From contig OX044362.1 of NCBI GenBank assembly GCA_943846625.1, positions 1,596,030-1,660,029 of the forward strand: 64,000 bases of DNA, given 5' to 3'. How positions within the stretch are numbered: position 1 is the first letter of the stretch; each line of letters begins with the position of its first letter. A program made the position numbers and the translations under genes. The DNA is from an uncultured Roseivirga sp. Lineage in GTDB: Bacteria > Bacteroidota > Bacteroidia > Cytophagales > Cyclobacteriaceae. The notes beneath the pieces are model-generated. The model worked only from the letters and a program-made list of their open reading frames with translations. It had not been told where the DNA came from and did not search any database. This document shows, piece after piece, positions 21,192 through 31,222 of this stretch.

Positions 21192-22441
21192 TCATCCATT
21201 TTTCTAAAGACTACCGATGTATTATGTCCACCGAAGCCGAAAGTGTTGCTTAATGCAGCTCTAATTTCACGCTTTTGAGCCTTATTGAATGTGAAGTTTA
21301 ATCTAGGATCAAAGTTTTCATCATCAGTAAAGTGATTAATCGTTGGTGGAACGATCTGGTCTTTAATTGCCATGATACTCGCGATTGCTTCAATAGCTCC
21401 TGCTGCACCTAACAAATGACCCGTCATCGATTTAGTAGAGCTAATATTCAGGTTGTAGGCATGTTCACCGAAAACTTTTTCAATTGCAATTACCTCACTC
21501 ATATCACCTAAAGGAGTAGATGTTCCGTGCACATTGATATAATCAATGTCTTCAGGTTTCATTTCTGCATCCTCTAGTACATTCAACATTACATTATATG
21601 CACCTAATCCTTCAGGGTGTGGGGCTGTAATGTGGTATGCATCTGCTGACATTCCGCCTCCAACAATTTCAGCGTAGATTTTCGCTCCTCTTGCTTTGGC
21701 ATGCTCATACTCTTCAAGAATCATAGCACCAGACCCTTCGCCCAATACGAAGCCATCTCTGTCCTTATCAAAAGGTCTTGATGCGGTTTGCGGAGAATCA
21801 TTTCTTTCTGAGAGCGCTTTCATTGCATTGAATCCGCCCATTCCAGCCTCAACAACTGCGGCTTCTGATCCACCAGTAATCATTATTTTCGCTTTGCCTA
21901 ATTTTATATAGGTCATAGCATCGATCATGGCATTCGTAGCTGATGCGCAAGCAGATACAGTGACGAAGTTTGGGCCATGAAAGCCATATTTCATAGAGAT
22001 CATTCCAGCAGATATATCTGAAATCATCTTAGGTATGAAAAATGGATTAAATCTTGGGTTTTTGTCGCCCTGAACAAAGTTTTCGACTTCATCCTGAAAA
22101 GTTCTTATCCCACCAATTCCAGAACCCCAGATTACTCCAGCTTTGAGCCTATCAATTTTATCAAGGTCTAAGCCAGAATCTTCAATGGCTTCTTTCGAAG
22201 TAATCATTGCATACTGAGTAAAGGGATCCATTTTCCTCATTTCTTTTCGATCGAAGTGATCGAGAGGATCATAGTTCTTTATCTCACAAGCAAATTTGGT
22301 CTTAAATTTCTCGGGATCGAATCTTGTGATCGGGCCGGCTCCACTTACACCTTTAATCAGGTTATTCCAGTAATCATTCAGATTGTTGCCTAGTGGTGTA
22401 AGTGCGCCAAGTCCAGTGACTACAACTCGTTTTAGTTGCAT
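21188..22441 (-). CDS. fabF: 3-oxoacyl-ACP synthase II
   Basis: RVVVTGLG, TVSACAS, NVHGTST, KSMTGHLLGAAG, SNTFGFGG. Confidence 0.97.
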   Translation of the reverse strand: MQLKRVVVTGLGALTPLGNNLNDYWNNLIKGVSGAGPITRFDPEKFKTKFACEIKNYDPLDHFDRKEMRKMDPFTQYAMITSKEAIEDSGLDLDKIDRLKAGVIWGSGIGGIRTFQDEVENFVQGDKNPRFNPFFIPKMISDISAGMISMKYGFHGPNFVTVSACASATNAMIDAMTYIKLGKAKIMITGGSEAAVVEAGMGGFNAMKALSERNDSPQTASRPFDKDRDGFVLGEGSGAMILEEYEHAKARGAKIYAEIVGGGMSADAYHITAPHPEGLGAYNVMLNVLEDAEMKPEDIDYINVHGTSTPLGDMSEVIAIEKVFGEHAYNLNISSTKSMTGHLLGAAGAIEAIASIMAIKDQIVPPTINHFTDDENFDPRLNFTFNKAQKREIRAALSNTFGFGGHNTSVVFRKMDE

Positions 22442-22471
22442 ATGGGAGTCGTAATAGTAAAGAAAATAATA

Positions 22472-22705
22472 TTATGCGTTTGCTTCTAGGTAAGAGATTG
22501 CATCACCTACCGTAGCAATGTTCTCAGCTTGATCATCAGGAATAGAAATATTGAATTCTTTTTCGAACTCCATAATCAATTCCACCGTGTCAAGAGAATC
22601 AGCGCCTAAATCATTCGTAAAGCTCGCTTCATGCGTAACTTCAGACTCTTCAACACCTAATTTGTCTATGATGATACTCTTAACTTTTGATGCTATTTCT
22701 GACAT
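22472..22705 (-). CDS. acpP: Acyl carrier protein
   Basis: [20 protein letters not shown]; start MSEIASK at 22705. Confidence 0.97.
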   Translation of the reverse strand: MSEIASKVKSIIIDKLGVEESEVTHEASFTNDLGADSLDTVELIMEFEKEFNISIPDDQAENIATVGDAISYLEANA

Positions 22706-22816
22706 TTTGGATAAAATTTTAGTTAATACTCGATGCAAAGAAATGGAATTTGCGGTTAATGTCAAACAAATTTTTTAATCTTGTCTGAGGCTCTAGAAGG
22801 GTCTATATTGATAAAT

Positions 22817-23245
22817 ATGGCTAAAAATAAGCTTCAAGTCACTTACGATTACGACTTTACCTTGCTCGCATTGAATGCTAATGTGAAAGCATATCGTCTC
22901 GCTTGGAGCATTAATAAGGATTTAAAACTGAATTTATCGAAATCTGATAATATTGAGATTGATTTTAAATCGGGTAGAAACTTGAATATTGTCAATTATA
23001 TAGATGCTGGTGAGTATCGCACGATTCGGTTATTGAGAAATCGAGCCGAAGAAACTGAGGAACAATTTGACGCGTTTATTATACCAGAACTGAAGAATTT
23101 TGACTACTTCCTGATTTTGGAAAACGAATCCAGTACTTTCGATGAGAATGTTTTTTTTACAAAAATCAAAGAAATACCTTTCGTACTATTTGCCACAAAA
23201 GTGGATATTGAAGCTTTAAAATCCAGAGATAATCTGATATTCTAA
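22817..23245 (+). CDS. IPExxxVDY-family Bacteroidota protein
   Basis: IIPELKNFDYFL motif; sits divergent from acpP and upstream of pyk. Confidence 0.75.
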   Translation: MAKNKLQVTYDYDFTLLALNANVKAYRLAWSINKDLKLNLSKSDNIEIDFKSGRNLNIVNYIDAGEYRTIRLLRNRAEETEEQFDAFIIPELKNFDYFLILENESSTFDENVFFTKIKEIPFVLFATKVDIEALKSRDNLIF

Positions 23246-23247
23246 AT

Positions 23248-24681
23248 ATGGGTCACCAATTAGTAAACAAACGTGCCAAAATCGTGGCTACTGTAGGACC
23301 AGCAAGCAGGTCTAAAGAAATGCTTATCCAACTAGCCAAAGCTGGAGTTAATGTATTCAGATTAAACTTCTCTCACGGAGAGCATGCTGGACATGCAGAA
23401 GTAGTTCAGCGAATCAGAGAAGTGAATCAGGAGCTAGGCATGCATATTTCTATCCTGCAGGATTTACAAGGACCGAAAATTAGAGTTGAAACTGTAGAGA
23501 ACGGTGAAGTCTTCATTGAACCTGGAGAAGAGATTATAATTACTAATGAGTCTTGCGAGGGAACTGCTCAGCGCGTGAGCACGTCTTATCAGGACTTACC
23601 TAATGATGTCAATGTCGGTGATATGATATTGATTGATGACGGTAACCTTGAGCTTGTAGTGAAAGAAGTAAAGGGTGGCGATGTGGTTTGTGTAGTCAAA
23701 TATGGTGGCTCGCTAAAGTCTAGAAAAGGAATCAACCTCCCGTTTACTAAGGTGTCCGCACCTGCACTTACAGAAAAAGACATTGAAGACTTGGCTTTCG
23801 GGATATCTCAGGATGTTGATTGGATTGCTTTATCATTTGTACGGTCTGCTGAAGATATTATTGATCTAAAAAAGAGAATTGCACGGAGTGGAAAAGATAT
23901 TCGAGTTATCGCAAAAATTGAGAAGCCAGAAGCACTTCAAAACATAGATGAGATTATAGCTGAATCAGACGCCTTAATGGTAGCCAGAGGAGACTTAGGT
24001 GTTGAAATAGTGATGGAAGAGGTGCCAATGGCCCAGAAAATGATGGTTGATAAGTGTAACAAGGCTGCAAAACCTGTCATTATTGCTACGCAGATGATGG
24101 AAAGCATGATCAATAACCCTAGACCTACACGTGCAGAAACAAATGATGTTGCCAATGCCGTAATGGATGGTGCGGATGCTATGATGTTGTCAGCAGAAAC
24201 GGCTGCAGGTAAGTATCCGTTAGAAACTGTCCAAACTATGGCAAGAACAATTGCCTCTGTTGAGCAATGCGCTAATGTTTATGATAAAGTTGGTATGCCT
24301 GTAAAGGATAGCGATACTTTTATGAACGATAACATTCTCTTTGGGGCTTGTAAGTTAAGTGATAGGGTAGATGCAGCTGCGATTATTGGAAATACTGTTT
24401 CAGGCTATACGGCATTTAAACTTTCTTCAAGTCGTCCAAGGGCTAAGATTTACATATTCACACCTAATAAAAGTTTGCTAACAAAGCTTAGTTTGGTCTG
24501 GGGTGTGGAAGGCTTCCATTATAATGAGTTGGTCTCTACTGATGAGACTTTCAAAGACCAAGAGACCACTTTAAAAGAACATGGGCATCTTGAGTCAGGA
24601 GATATCTTTATCACAACAGCCAGTATGCCAATTCACGAGATGGGTAGGACGAATATGTTGAAGCTTAATGTAGCGGACTAA
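23248..24681 (+). CDS. pyk: Pyruvate kinase
   Basis: KIVATVGPAS, FRLNFSHG, DLQGPKIR, IAKIEKPEA, MVARGDLGVE, ATQMMESM. Confidence 0.97.
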   Translation: MGHQLVNKRAKIVATVGPASRSKEMLIQLAKAGVNVFRLNFSHGEHAGHAEVVQRIREVNQELGMHISILQDLQGPKIRVETVENGEVFIEPGEEIIITNESCEGTAQRVSTSYQDLPNDVNVGDMILIDDGNLELVVKEVKGGDVVCVVKYGGSLKSRKGINLPFTKVSAPALTEKDIEDLAFGISQDVDWIALSFVRSAEDIIDLKKRIARSGKDIRVIAKIEKPEALQNIDEIIAESDALMVARGDLGVEIVMEEVPMAQKMMVDKCNKAAKPVIIATQMMESMINNPRPTRAETNDVANAVMDGADAMMLSAETAAGKYPLETVQTMARTIASVEQCANVYDKVGMPVKDSDTFMNDNILFGACKLSDRVDAAAIIGNTVSGYTAFKLSSSRPRAKIYIFTPNKSLLTKLSLVWGVEGFHYNELVSTDETFKDQETTLKEHGHLESGDIFITTASMPIHEMGRTNMLKLNVAD

Positions 24682-26231
24682 ATTAGGCTTGGAGTAACTA
24701 GAATTACCTTTTCTCTTTCTACAATAACTTGTCCAGGTAAACTCCTCTTCCTTTTTCGAACGAATTTGGCGGGGGTATATATTACGGGCACGTGATTATC
24801 ATTTTTACGCTTGGAATAGTATGCTGCTATGGCCGCTACCTTTTCGATAGTATGAATGGAGAAGTTGGTTCCAGCAATATGCTTTAGTAATACATGCGAT
24901 CCGGGAATGTCTTTGACGTGAAACCACAGGTCTTCTTTGTAGCTAAACTTTAGGGTTAATTCGTCATTAGACTTGGCGTTTTTTCCGACCCAAACTTTAA
25001 AGCCGTCAATAAAGAATTCCTTATAAGGCTTTGATTCATTTGGTTTCAACCTATCGTTATCAGGCGCTTGTTTAGAGAACTTCCTTAAACCCTTAATGGA
25101 TTCAATGGTATTAATTTCTTCAATTGAAACCTTGATATTGGTAATCCCTAAGCGCTTTTCTTCAATGTGCTTTGATAAGGTCTCTAGTTCTATTTTTCTA
25201 TTCTTAGATTTCCGATAGTAGTGTTCGGCATTCTTTTGAGGAGATAAGTTTTTCTTAAGCTTTATTTCAACCTCTTTACCATCATAGAAATTCATTAAGG
25301 TGACCTTATCAATTCCTGTGCTAACCACGTGTAAATTGGCCATCAGAATATCGGCTAATTGACTAGGAGAGGTTTCGTTTTCTAGCACTTTGAGCTTTGA
25401 TTCTGCCTTCTGGATGTAATTCTCAGATTGCTTGACTTTCTTTTCTAATTCGGATATTGTTTGTTCCTTCTGAACTTTCAGCGCGTGTTCCCTAGTAAAA
25501 TAAGAGTTGAATTGATTTAAGGCCGAGATTACGTCTTCCCCTAAGTCATCTATGGGTAGATCATCTAAAGGAATCAGGCTAAGTATGGGCCGCAGGTCAT
25601 GGTGCAGCAATAGAAACGGATTAGAATTCATTTCCTGGTCGAGCGATTCAAGATATTCCCATTGTGCGTCTATGGTCATTGATTCGAAACCTACCTCAGA
25701 TAAGTGCTTCTTGATCGTCTTATCGAAAGTGGGGTAAAATGAATTGAGGTTTGGGTCAAGCCGGTAATTTTCTAATGTTCTTTCAATTGGCCGGTGTAAT
25801 GAATCAAGGCTCAACTGATTGTCAACTACGAGTTTCTTCTTAAATAATGATCTATTATGGTTGTTATCTATCAGTATGATATTCGATCGATTCCCGAAAA
25901 GTTTAAATAGTAATGTGGATCCATTGTCGAAATGAAAAGAGAAAGCCCTTTCGTTTTCATATTGCTCAATAGCTAGAATTTTGCCATTGTTGAGTTCAGA
26001 AAATAGTGTGACCACATTCTTTCTGCTTTTGTGATATTCTGTAGGAAACGAAAGACATGAGAAGGCATTTCTCAATGTACACCTTATGTAAAAGGGAAGT
26101 CCTTGTTGTGTGATCAATGAAATGATGAGCTCGTCTTTTTGCTGGCTAAACGACTCTAACCATTCGCTGTTGATCAATATAGATTTTAGGTAAACTGAAA
26201 GCCTTTTAAGGGTATAGTAATTAAACTGCAC
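24678..26231 (-). CDS. rqcH: NFACT-family ribosome quality control protein (RqcH/FbpA-like)
   Basis: LFKLFGNRSNIIL, coiled coil, LSPQKNAEHYY, VGKNAKSNDELT, WFHVKDIPGSHV. Confidence 0.85.
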   Translation of the reverse strand: MQFNYYTLKRLSVYLKSILINSEWLESFSQQKDELIISLITQQGLPFYIRCTLRNAFSCLSFPTEYHKSRKNVVTLFSELNNGKILAIEQYENERAFSFHFDNGSTLLFKLFGNRSNIILIDNNHNRSLFKKKLVVDNQLSLDSLHRPIERTLENYRLDPNLNSFYPTFDKTIKKHLSEVGFESMTIDAQWEYLESLDQEMNSNPFLLLHHDLRPILSLIPLDDLPIDDLGEDVISALNQFNSYFTREHALKVQKEQTISELEKKVKQSENYIQKAESKLKVLENETSPSQLADILMANLHVVSTGIDKVTLMNFYDGKEVEIKLKKNLSPQKNAEHYYRKSKNRKIELETLSKHIEEKRLGITNIKVSIEEINTIESIKGLRKFSKQAPDNDRLKPNESKPYKEFFIDGFKVWVGKNAKSNDELTLKFSYKEDLWFHVKDIPGSHVLLKHIAGTNFSIHTIEKVAAIAAYYSKRKNDNHVPVIYTPAKFVRKRKRSLPGQVIVEREKVILVTPSLI

Positions 26232-26992
26232 TATAGCTCGATTTGAAGGCCATCGTAAGCAAGCTTCACGCTATCAGGCAACTCTGCGTTTACTTTATGG
26301 TGTAGTCCCATGCGATGGCTTATGTGTGTCAGATAAGTCGTTTCTACTTCGAGTTCTTCAATAAGTGCAAGCGCTTCAGACAGGGTGAGGTGGCTTAAGT
26401 GATCTTCTTTTTGCAAGGCATCAAGTATCAGTACTTTTGATCCTCTAATTTTCTCCTTCTCAGTCTCGCTAATTGTTTTCGCGTCTGTGACATATGAAAA
26501 GTCATTTACTCTAAATCCAAAAACAGGCAACATATAATGCATTACCTCTATCGGTATGAACTCGATTCCTTCTACTAGAAAAGGGGCGTTTTCAATAGTG
26601 TTAACTTTAACTTTAGGAATACCAGGGTATTTATTCTCTTCGAAAACATACGCAAACTCTCGTTTGAGCTGATTTAAAACTGTATCGCGAGCATAAATGG
26701 GCATGTCTCTTTTCTGAAGAAAATTGAAAGAACGAATATCATCCATTCCTGCAGTGTGATCTTTATGTTCGTGCGTAAATATGAGCGCATCAAGAGAGTT
26801 AATCCTTTCACGAAGGACTTGCTGTCTGAAATCTGGCCCAGAATCAATTATGAAGCTTTTATCGTCAATGGCAATGTGGATAGAGACACGAAGTCTTTTG
26901 TCTCGAAAGTCTAATGAACGGCAGACCTCACAATTACAGCCGATTACTGGAACTCCTTGCGATGTTCCCGATCCTAGAACAGTTATTTTCAC
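26231..26992 (-). CDS. MBL-fold metallo-hydrolase (PhnP-like)
   Basis: LGSGTSQGVP, THEHKDHTAG, THISH. Confidence 0.9.
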   Translation of the reverse strand: MKITVLGSGTSQGVPVIGCNCEVCRSLDFRDKRLRVSIHIAIDDKSFIIDSGPDFRQQVLRERINSLDALIFTHEHKDHTAGMDDIRSFNFLQKRDMPIYARDTVLNQLKREFAYVFEENKYPGIPKVKVNTIENAPFLVEGIEFIPIEVMHYMLPVFGFRVNDFSYVTDAKTISETEKEKIRGSKVLILDALQKEDHLSHLTLSEALALIEELEVETTYLTHISHRMGLHHKVNAELPDSVKLAYDGLQIEL

Positions 26993-27264
26993 AGTTCTAG
27001 GGTGGTTTGAGATAACTCCATTAATAGATTTGAGTTCTTTTCACTTAGCGAGGCCGGGTCAATTTCTATTGACTTGATAATATCAATGAGGCAATTGATC
27101 TTGCCTTCGGTAGTATAATACTTATTAACGATCGCTATTCTAGTCTCATTCAGCAGGCAATAACCAGATTTGAAATTGCCTTTCTCGTAACGTAATACAT
27201 AGTCAGACTCAGCAAAAATATCCTCGAGTTTATTGAGAAAATGCTTTGTATAACGAATGGTCAT
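26989..27264 (-). CDS. Conserved small hypothetical protein
   Basis: LRYEKGNFKSGYC motif; overlaps its neighbours in operon fashion. Confidence 0.75.
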   Translation of the reverse strand: MTIRYTKHFLNKLEDIFAESDYVLRYEKGNFKSGYCLLNETRIAIVNKYYTTEGKINCLIDIIKSIEIDPASLSEKNSNLLMELSQTTLEL

Positions 27265-27650
27265 TAATGCTTGTCTGTATACTTCTTAACTAGTTCAATC
27301 AATTTGTCGTAATCTAAAGGCTTTTGCATGTATTCGTTCATACCAGCTTCAAAAAACTCAGAAACTGGAAGATTTTTTGCATTTCCAGAGATGCCAATGA
27401 TTGGTATATTAGCCTTTTTTGTCTTTCCTGATCGTATTTGCTTTGTGGCCGAGAGACCATCAAGCAGAGGAAGGTTAATGTCCATAATGACAAGATCATA
27501 ATCTTCAGACTCAAACTTGTCTAATACAGCTTCCCCATTTTTCGCAGATGTGATTTTACAGTTTTCAAAAAGTAGAATTTTCTTCAGTAGATTCTGAATC
27601 ACTGAACTGTCCTCAGCTACAAGAACTTTTTTGTAGACTACTTCCGTCAT
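27264..27650 (-). CDS. Single-domain response regulator (receiver)
   Basis: VLVAEDS, VIMDINLPLLDG, IGISG, MQKP. Confidence 0.92.
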   Translation of the reverse strand: MTEVVYKKVLVAEDSSVIQNLLKKILLFENCKITSAKNGEAVLDKFESEDYDLVIMDINLPLLDGLSATKQIRSGKTKKANIPIIGISGNAKNLPVSEFFEAGMNEYMQKPLDYDKLIELVKKYTDKH

Positions 27651-27655
27651 AATAT

Positions 27656-28411
27656 TCATAGGTTAAGATTCAATTGCCTTGTATAATCGCTAAAAATATT
27701 GCTAGAATAGTCTGCGATTTCGTTGATTCTCTCGGCTAGCGAGATATCAATTTCGTTCTTCAAATCACTTTCAAGTTGCACTACTACTTCTGAAAGTTTG
27801 GCAAAACCTAAGGACCCAGCATTACCTTTAATGACATGCAAGATACTCAAAATTTCAGTATGATCGTCTGCGCTTTGTAAAAAGAGAAGCTTTTCGTTTA
27901 AAGTTTTAGTCTCTTCGACAAACTCATTATACAATTCTAACAATTCATCTGGTTGGGCATATTTTTTTAGCTCTTCAATTATTTTGAAATCAAAGTCAGC
28001 ATGAGTCTCTTCTTCATTTAAAGATGCTTTTTCATTTAATTCATCCAACCAGTATTGGACCGTGTTTTTGAGCACATCTGGCTTAACAGGCTTTGCAATG
28101 TAATCGTTGAAGCCATACCTGATAAACTTGTCGCGTGCTTTACTATCCGAAAAAGCAGTAATGGCAAGAATAGGTATTTCAAAACCTAAGGCTTTCCTTA
28201 TCCTATCATGACACTCAAAGCCATCCATTTTTGGCATTTGTATGTCTATCAAGGCTAGGTCGATAGCTTGTGCATGTGCAATTTCTAGACCTTTGAAACC
28301 ATCTTCTGCTAAATGAACAGTTCTATCTAGATTTTTCAAGACAGTTTTCACATATTTACGGTTGATCTCATTGTCATCAATTACTAAAATTGATCCTTTG
28401 ATGTCTTTCAT
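27656..28411 (-). CDS. Receiver-Hpt domain protein
   Basis: LVIDDN, LIDIQMPKMDG, YIAKPV, then Hpt motif LHVIKGNAGSLG. Confidence 0.88.
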   Translation of the reverse strand: MKDIKGSILVIDDNEINRKYVKTVLKNLDRTVHLAEDGFKGLEIAHAQAIDLALIDIQMPKMDGFECHDRIRKALGFEIPILAITAFSDSKARDKFIRYGFNDYIAKPVKPDVLKNTVQYWLDELNEKASLNEEETHADFDFKIIEELKKYAQPDELLELYNEFVEETKTLNEKLLFLQSADDHTEILSILHVIKGNAGSLGFAKLSEVVVQLESDLKNEIDISLAERINEIADYSSNIFSDYTRQLNLNL

Positions 28412-28464
28412 TAGCGTGTGTTCTATCAAGATAATATATTTAGTCCTATTTTCTAAAATTCAGC

Positions 28465-29388
28465 ATGCCAAAAAAGCATTTGATTTGTATTGTTGGGCCA
28501 ACGGCTGTCGGTAAAACGGCTGTGGGTATAACGCTGGCAAGCGCATTTGAGACAGAGATAGTTTCGGCAGATTCAAGACAGTTTTATAAGGAACTTGAAA
28601 TAGGTACAGCTAAGCCTAGCTTGAACGAGCTGAGTGAAGCCCCCCATCATTTTATAAATTCTTTGTCGATTCACGATGCCTATGGTGTCGGTAAGTATGA
28701 GCAAGAAGCGATGGCTAAGCTTGAAGTATTATTTCTAAATAACGATGCGGTCATTCTGGTTGGAGGCTCTGGCCTCTTTGTAAATGCCGTTTGTGTGGGG
28801 TTGGATGATCTGCCAGATGTTAAGCCGAATGTGAGGGCCGAATTGAATGCTGAGCTAAAAATGGGAGGGCTAGACCGACTTAATGAGGAACTGAAGTCTG
28901 CAGACCCAGAATATTATGAAATAGTTGATCTCAAAAACCCCCAACGCGTAATTAGAGCATTAGAAGTAATTAGGTCTACGGGTAAGAAATTTTCTGAATT
29001 TAGGAAAAGGCAACCTGCTAATAGACCATTCAATGTGATAACTATTGGACTTGAATTAGACAGAGAGGTGCTATACAACAGAATCGACCAAAGAATGGAT
29101 GGGATGATTGTTGAGGGGCTTTTTGAAGAGGCAAAGCGTCTTTATGAGCACAAAGACTTGAATCCATTGCAGACGGTTGGTTATAGCGAGATCTTCGCTT
29201 ACCTAGATGGTCGTTACGATAAAGAGGAATCAATTCGCCTACTCAAGCGTAATTCAAGGAGGTATGCGAAAAGGCAATTGACATGGTTTAAGCGTAATCC
29301 GGAGACTGTCTGGTTCGATCCAGAGAAAATACAGGACATGCTGACGTACCTAAAGAAAAAATTAGAACTCCCTGAAGCCGAAAATTAA
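28465..29388 (+). CDS. miaA: tRNA dimethylallyltransferase
   Basis: GPTAVGKT, SADSRQFY, GTAKP, VGGSGLF, NPQRVIRALEV, RRYAKRQLTWF. Confidence 0.97.
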   Translation: MPKKHLICIVGPTAVGKTAVGITLASAFETEIVSADSRQFYKELEIGTAKPSLNELSEAPHHFINSLSIHDAYGVGKYEQEAMAKLEVLFLNNDAVILVGGSGLFVNAVCVGLDDLPDVKPNVRAELNAELKMGGLDRLNEELKSADPEYYEIVDLKNPQRVIRALEVIRSTGKKFSEFRKRQPANRPFNVITIGLELDREVLYNRIDQRMDGMIVEGLFEEAKRLYEHKDLNPLQTVGYSEIFAYLDGRYDKEESIRLLKRNSRRYAKRQLTWFKRNPETVWFDPEKIQDMLTYLKKKLELPEAEN

Positions 29389-29808
29389 GGCGACCATACT
29401 GGCAGGCGCCTTTTTTATAAACGCATTGTATTCAGCTGAGAAAGATTGAAGCCTCTTCATTAAGTCTTGCTGTACCTAGTTCGCGCTTTTTAGTTCGGTG
29501 CTGATCTGATCATCTTTTATATGCTCAATGGCCGTTTTAATGGCTAAGATGAATTCATCTTCCTTCTTATAGCTTTGGAAACGATCTGTTGAAGTCTTTT
29601 TTAGCAATTCAGCCGCTTCTGATAAGGGAGAACCATCATTTTCTTTGTTGTAGCTTAAAACTATATTTTTCCTCGCAGTACTGTTCTTAGCCATTTGATC
29701 GATGACCTGAGTAAGCCTTGCCTTTCTAGGCTTGATAAGGTTGTAGGTATAAACAGTGTAAAGCAATACTAGACCGAGTAATGCAACGAAAGTTGGAATA
29801 TATCCCAT
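29362..29808 (-). pseudogene. LemA-like gene interrupted by one in-frame TAG at 29478-29476
   Basis: MGYIPTFVALLGL... The frame continues after TAG as VQQDLMKRLQSFSAEYNAFIKKAPASMVALIFGFREF*, a LemA-type C-terminus. Confidence 0.75.
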
Positions 29809-29911
29809 AGAAACTGGACTTGAGTTTAACCTAAAGTGAGGCCGAAGTAAATTTTTTTTACTAATAATTGCAAATGGCATTTTGCCGAACTGCAATAATG
29901 ACCAATCTTTG

Positions 29912-31222
29912 ATGTACAAAGTGGAAGACAAACGTAAGCCTATTCTTATAATAACCTACTATTGGCCACCAAGCGGTGGGGCAGGAGTTCAACGTTGGTT
30001 GAAATTCACCAAGTATCTCCCAGAATATGGTTGGGACCCGATTGTCTTTATACCTGAAAATCCAGATTTCGATCAAAAGGATCACTCTTTAGAAAAGGAC
30101 ATTCATCCATCTATAGAAGTTTTGAAGTTCCCCATCTGGGAGCCTTATGGACTTTTTAAAAGATTAACAGGAAAGAAAGAGCTCAAGCAAGGGCAAGTTT
30201 TGGAGTCTGGAAGTGGAGGGTTTTTCAAAAAGCTTTCGATATGGGTGAGAGGTAATTTTTTTGTACCAGATCCAAAGATATTTTGGGTTAAGCCTTCTGC
30301 CGATTATTTAATGTCCATTCTTGAGTCTAACGATATTAAGCATGTTGTCACGACTGGACCTCCTCATAGTGTACACTTAATCGGAAAACGACTAAAACTT
30401 AAGAATCCTGCTATCACTTGGGTGGCTGACTTTAGAGATCCATGGTCTCAGTGGGATATTCTCAAGCGCATGAAGATATCTTCCTTTATTTGGAAGAAGC
30501 ATGTGAAATTGGAGCAAGAGGTTCTCAGAATGGCGGATGCTATACTCGCTACAGGTCCCACTGCTGCTGAAGAGTTTAAGGCCTTGGGCGCCAGAAAGAC
30601 ACACTTTGTGACCAATGGTTTTGATGCATCTGACATAAATACGGAGCCAATTAAGGCTAATGGAGCCAAGTTTGTAGTCACTCACTTAGGAATGTTGAGT
30701 AAGCATCGTAACCCTGAAAACCTTTGGTGGATTCTAAATGATTTGTGCAGTAACGATGATTTTTATAGTGCATTAGAACTCCGCCTAACGGGTATTATGA
30801 GCTCGGAAGTTGAAGCTTCTATCTCTAGTCATAAAAGACTTGCAGAGAAACTCGTGACACAGTCATCTGTCACTCATGACCAAGTTTATCAAGAGTATTC
30901 ATTCAGTAACCTGTTGTTGTTATTGCAGACCAATGATTCTGGCGCCACATCTCAGCTACCAGGGAAATTGTTTGAGTACCTAGGTGCGAAGCGCCCAATC
31001 CTAGCCATCGGAAAAGAAGGCAATGACATTTCGAAGATAATAGCTGATTGTTCAGCTGGCCAATCGTTTCAATATGATTCGAATGAGGACTTAAAGACGT
31101 TTATTCTTCAGGAGTACGAAGCTTGGAAGTCAGGGGGAGGTAAGTGGCAGTTCAATGATGTTGAAAAGTATGACCGCAAAAACTTGACTAAAGAATTGTC
31201 AGACTGGCTGCTGTCACTTTGA
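29912..31222 (+). CDS. GT4 family glycosyltransferase
   Basis: YYWPPSGGAGVQRW, TTGPPHS, DFRDPW, PGKLFEYL; start at 29912 or GTG at 29921. Confidence 0.9.
   Translation: MYKVEDKRKPILIITYYWPPSGGAGVQRWLKFTKYLPEYGWDPIVFIPENPDFDQKDHSLEKDIHPSIEVLKFPIWEPYGLFKRLTGKKELKQGQVLESGSGGFFKKLSIWVRGNFFVPDPKIFWVKPSADYLMSILESNDIKHVVTTGPPHSVHLIGKRLKLKNPAITWVADFRDPWSQWDILKRMKISSFIWKKHVKLEQEVLRMADAILATGPTAAEEFKALGARKTHFVTNGFDASDINTEPIKANGAKFVVTHLGMLSKHRNPENLWWILNDLCSNDDFYSALELRLTGIMSSEVEASISSHKRLAEKLVTQSSVTHDQVYQEYSFSNLLLLLQTNDSGATSQLPGKLFEYLGAKRPILAIGKEGNDISKIIADCSAGQSFQYDSNEDLKTFILQEYEAWKSGGGKWQFNDVEKYDRKNLTKELSDWLLSL

Noticed and set aside
29809-30085. ORF-track extension of lemA to 29931 and minus ORF 29861-30085
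   Set aside because: They overlap the divergent promoter region and the GT4 gene; the TM-initiating ATG at 29808 is the plausible start.
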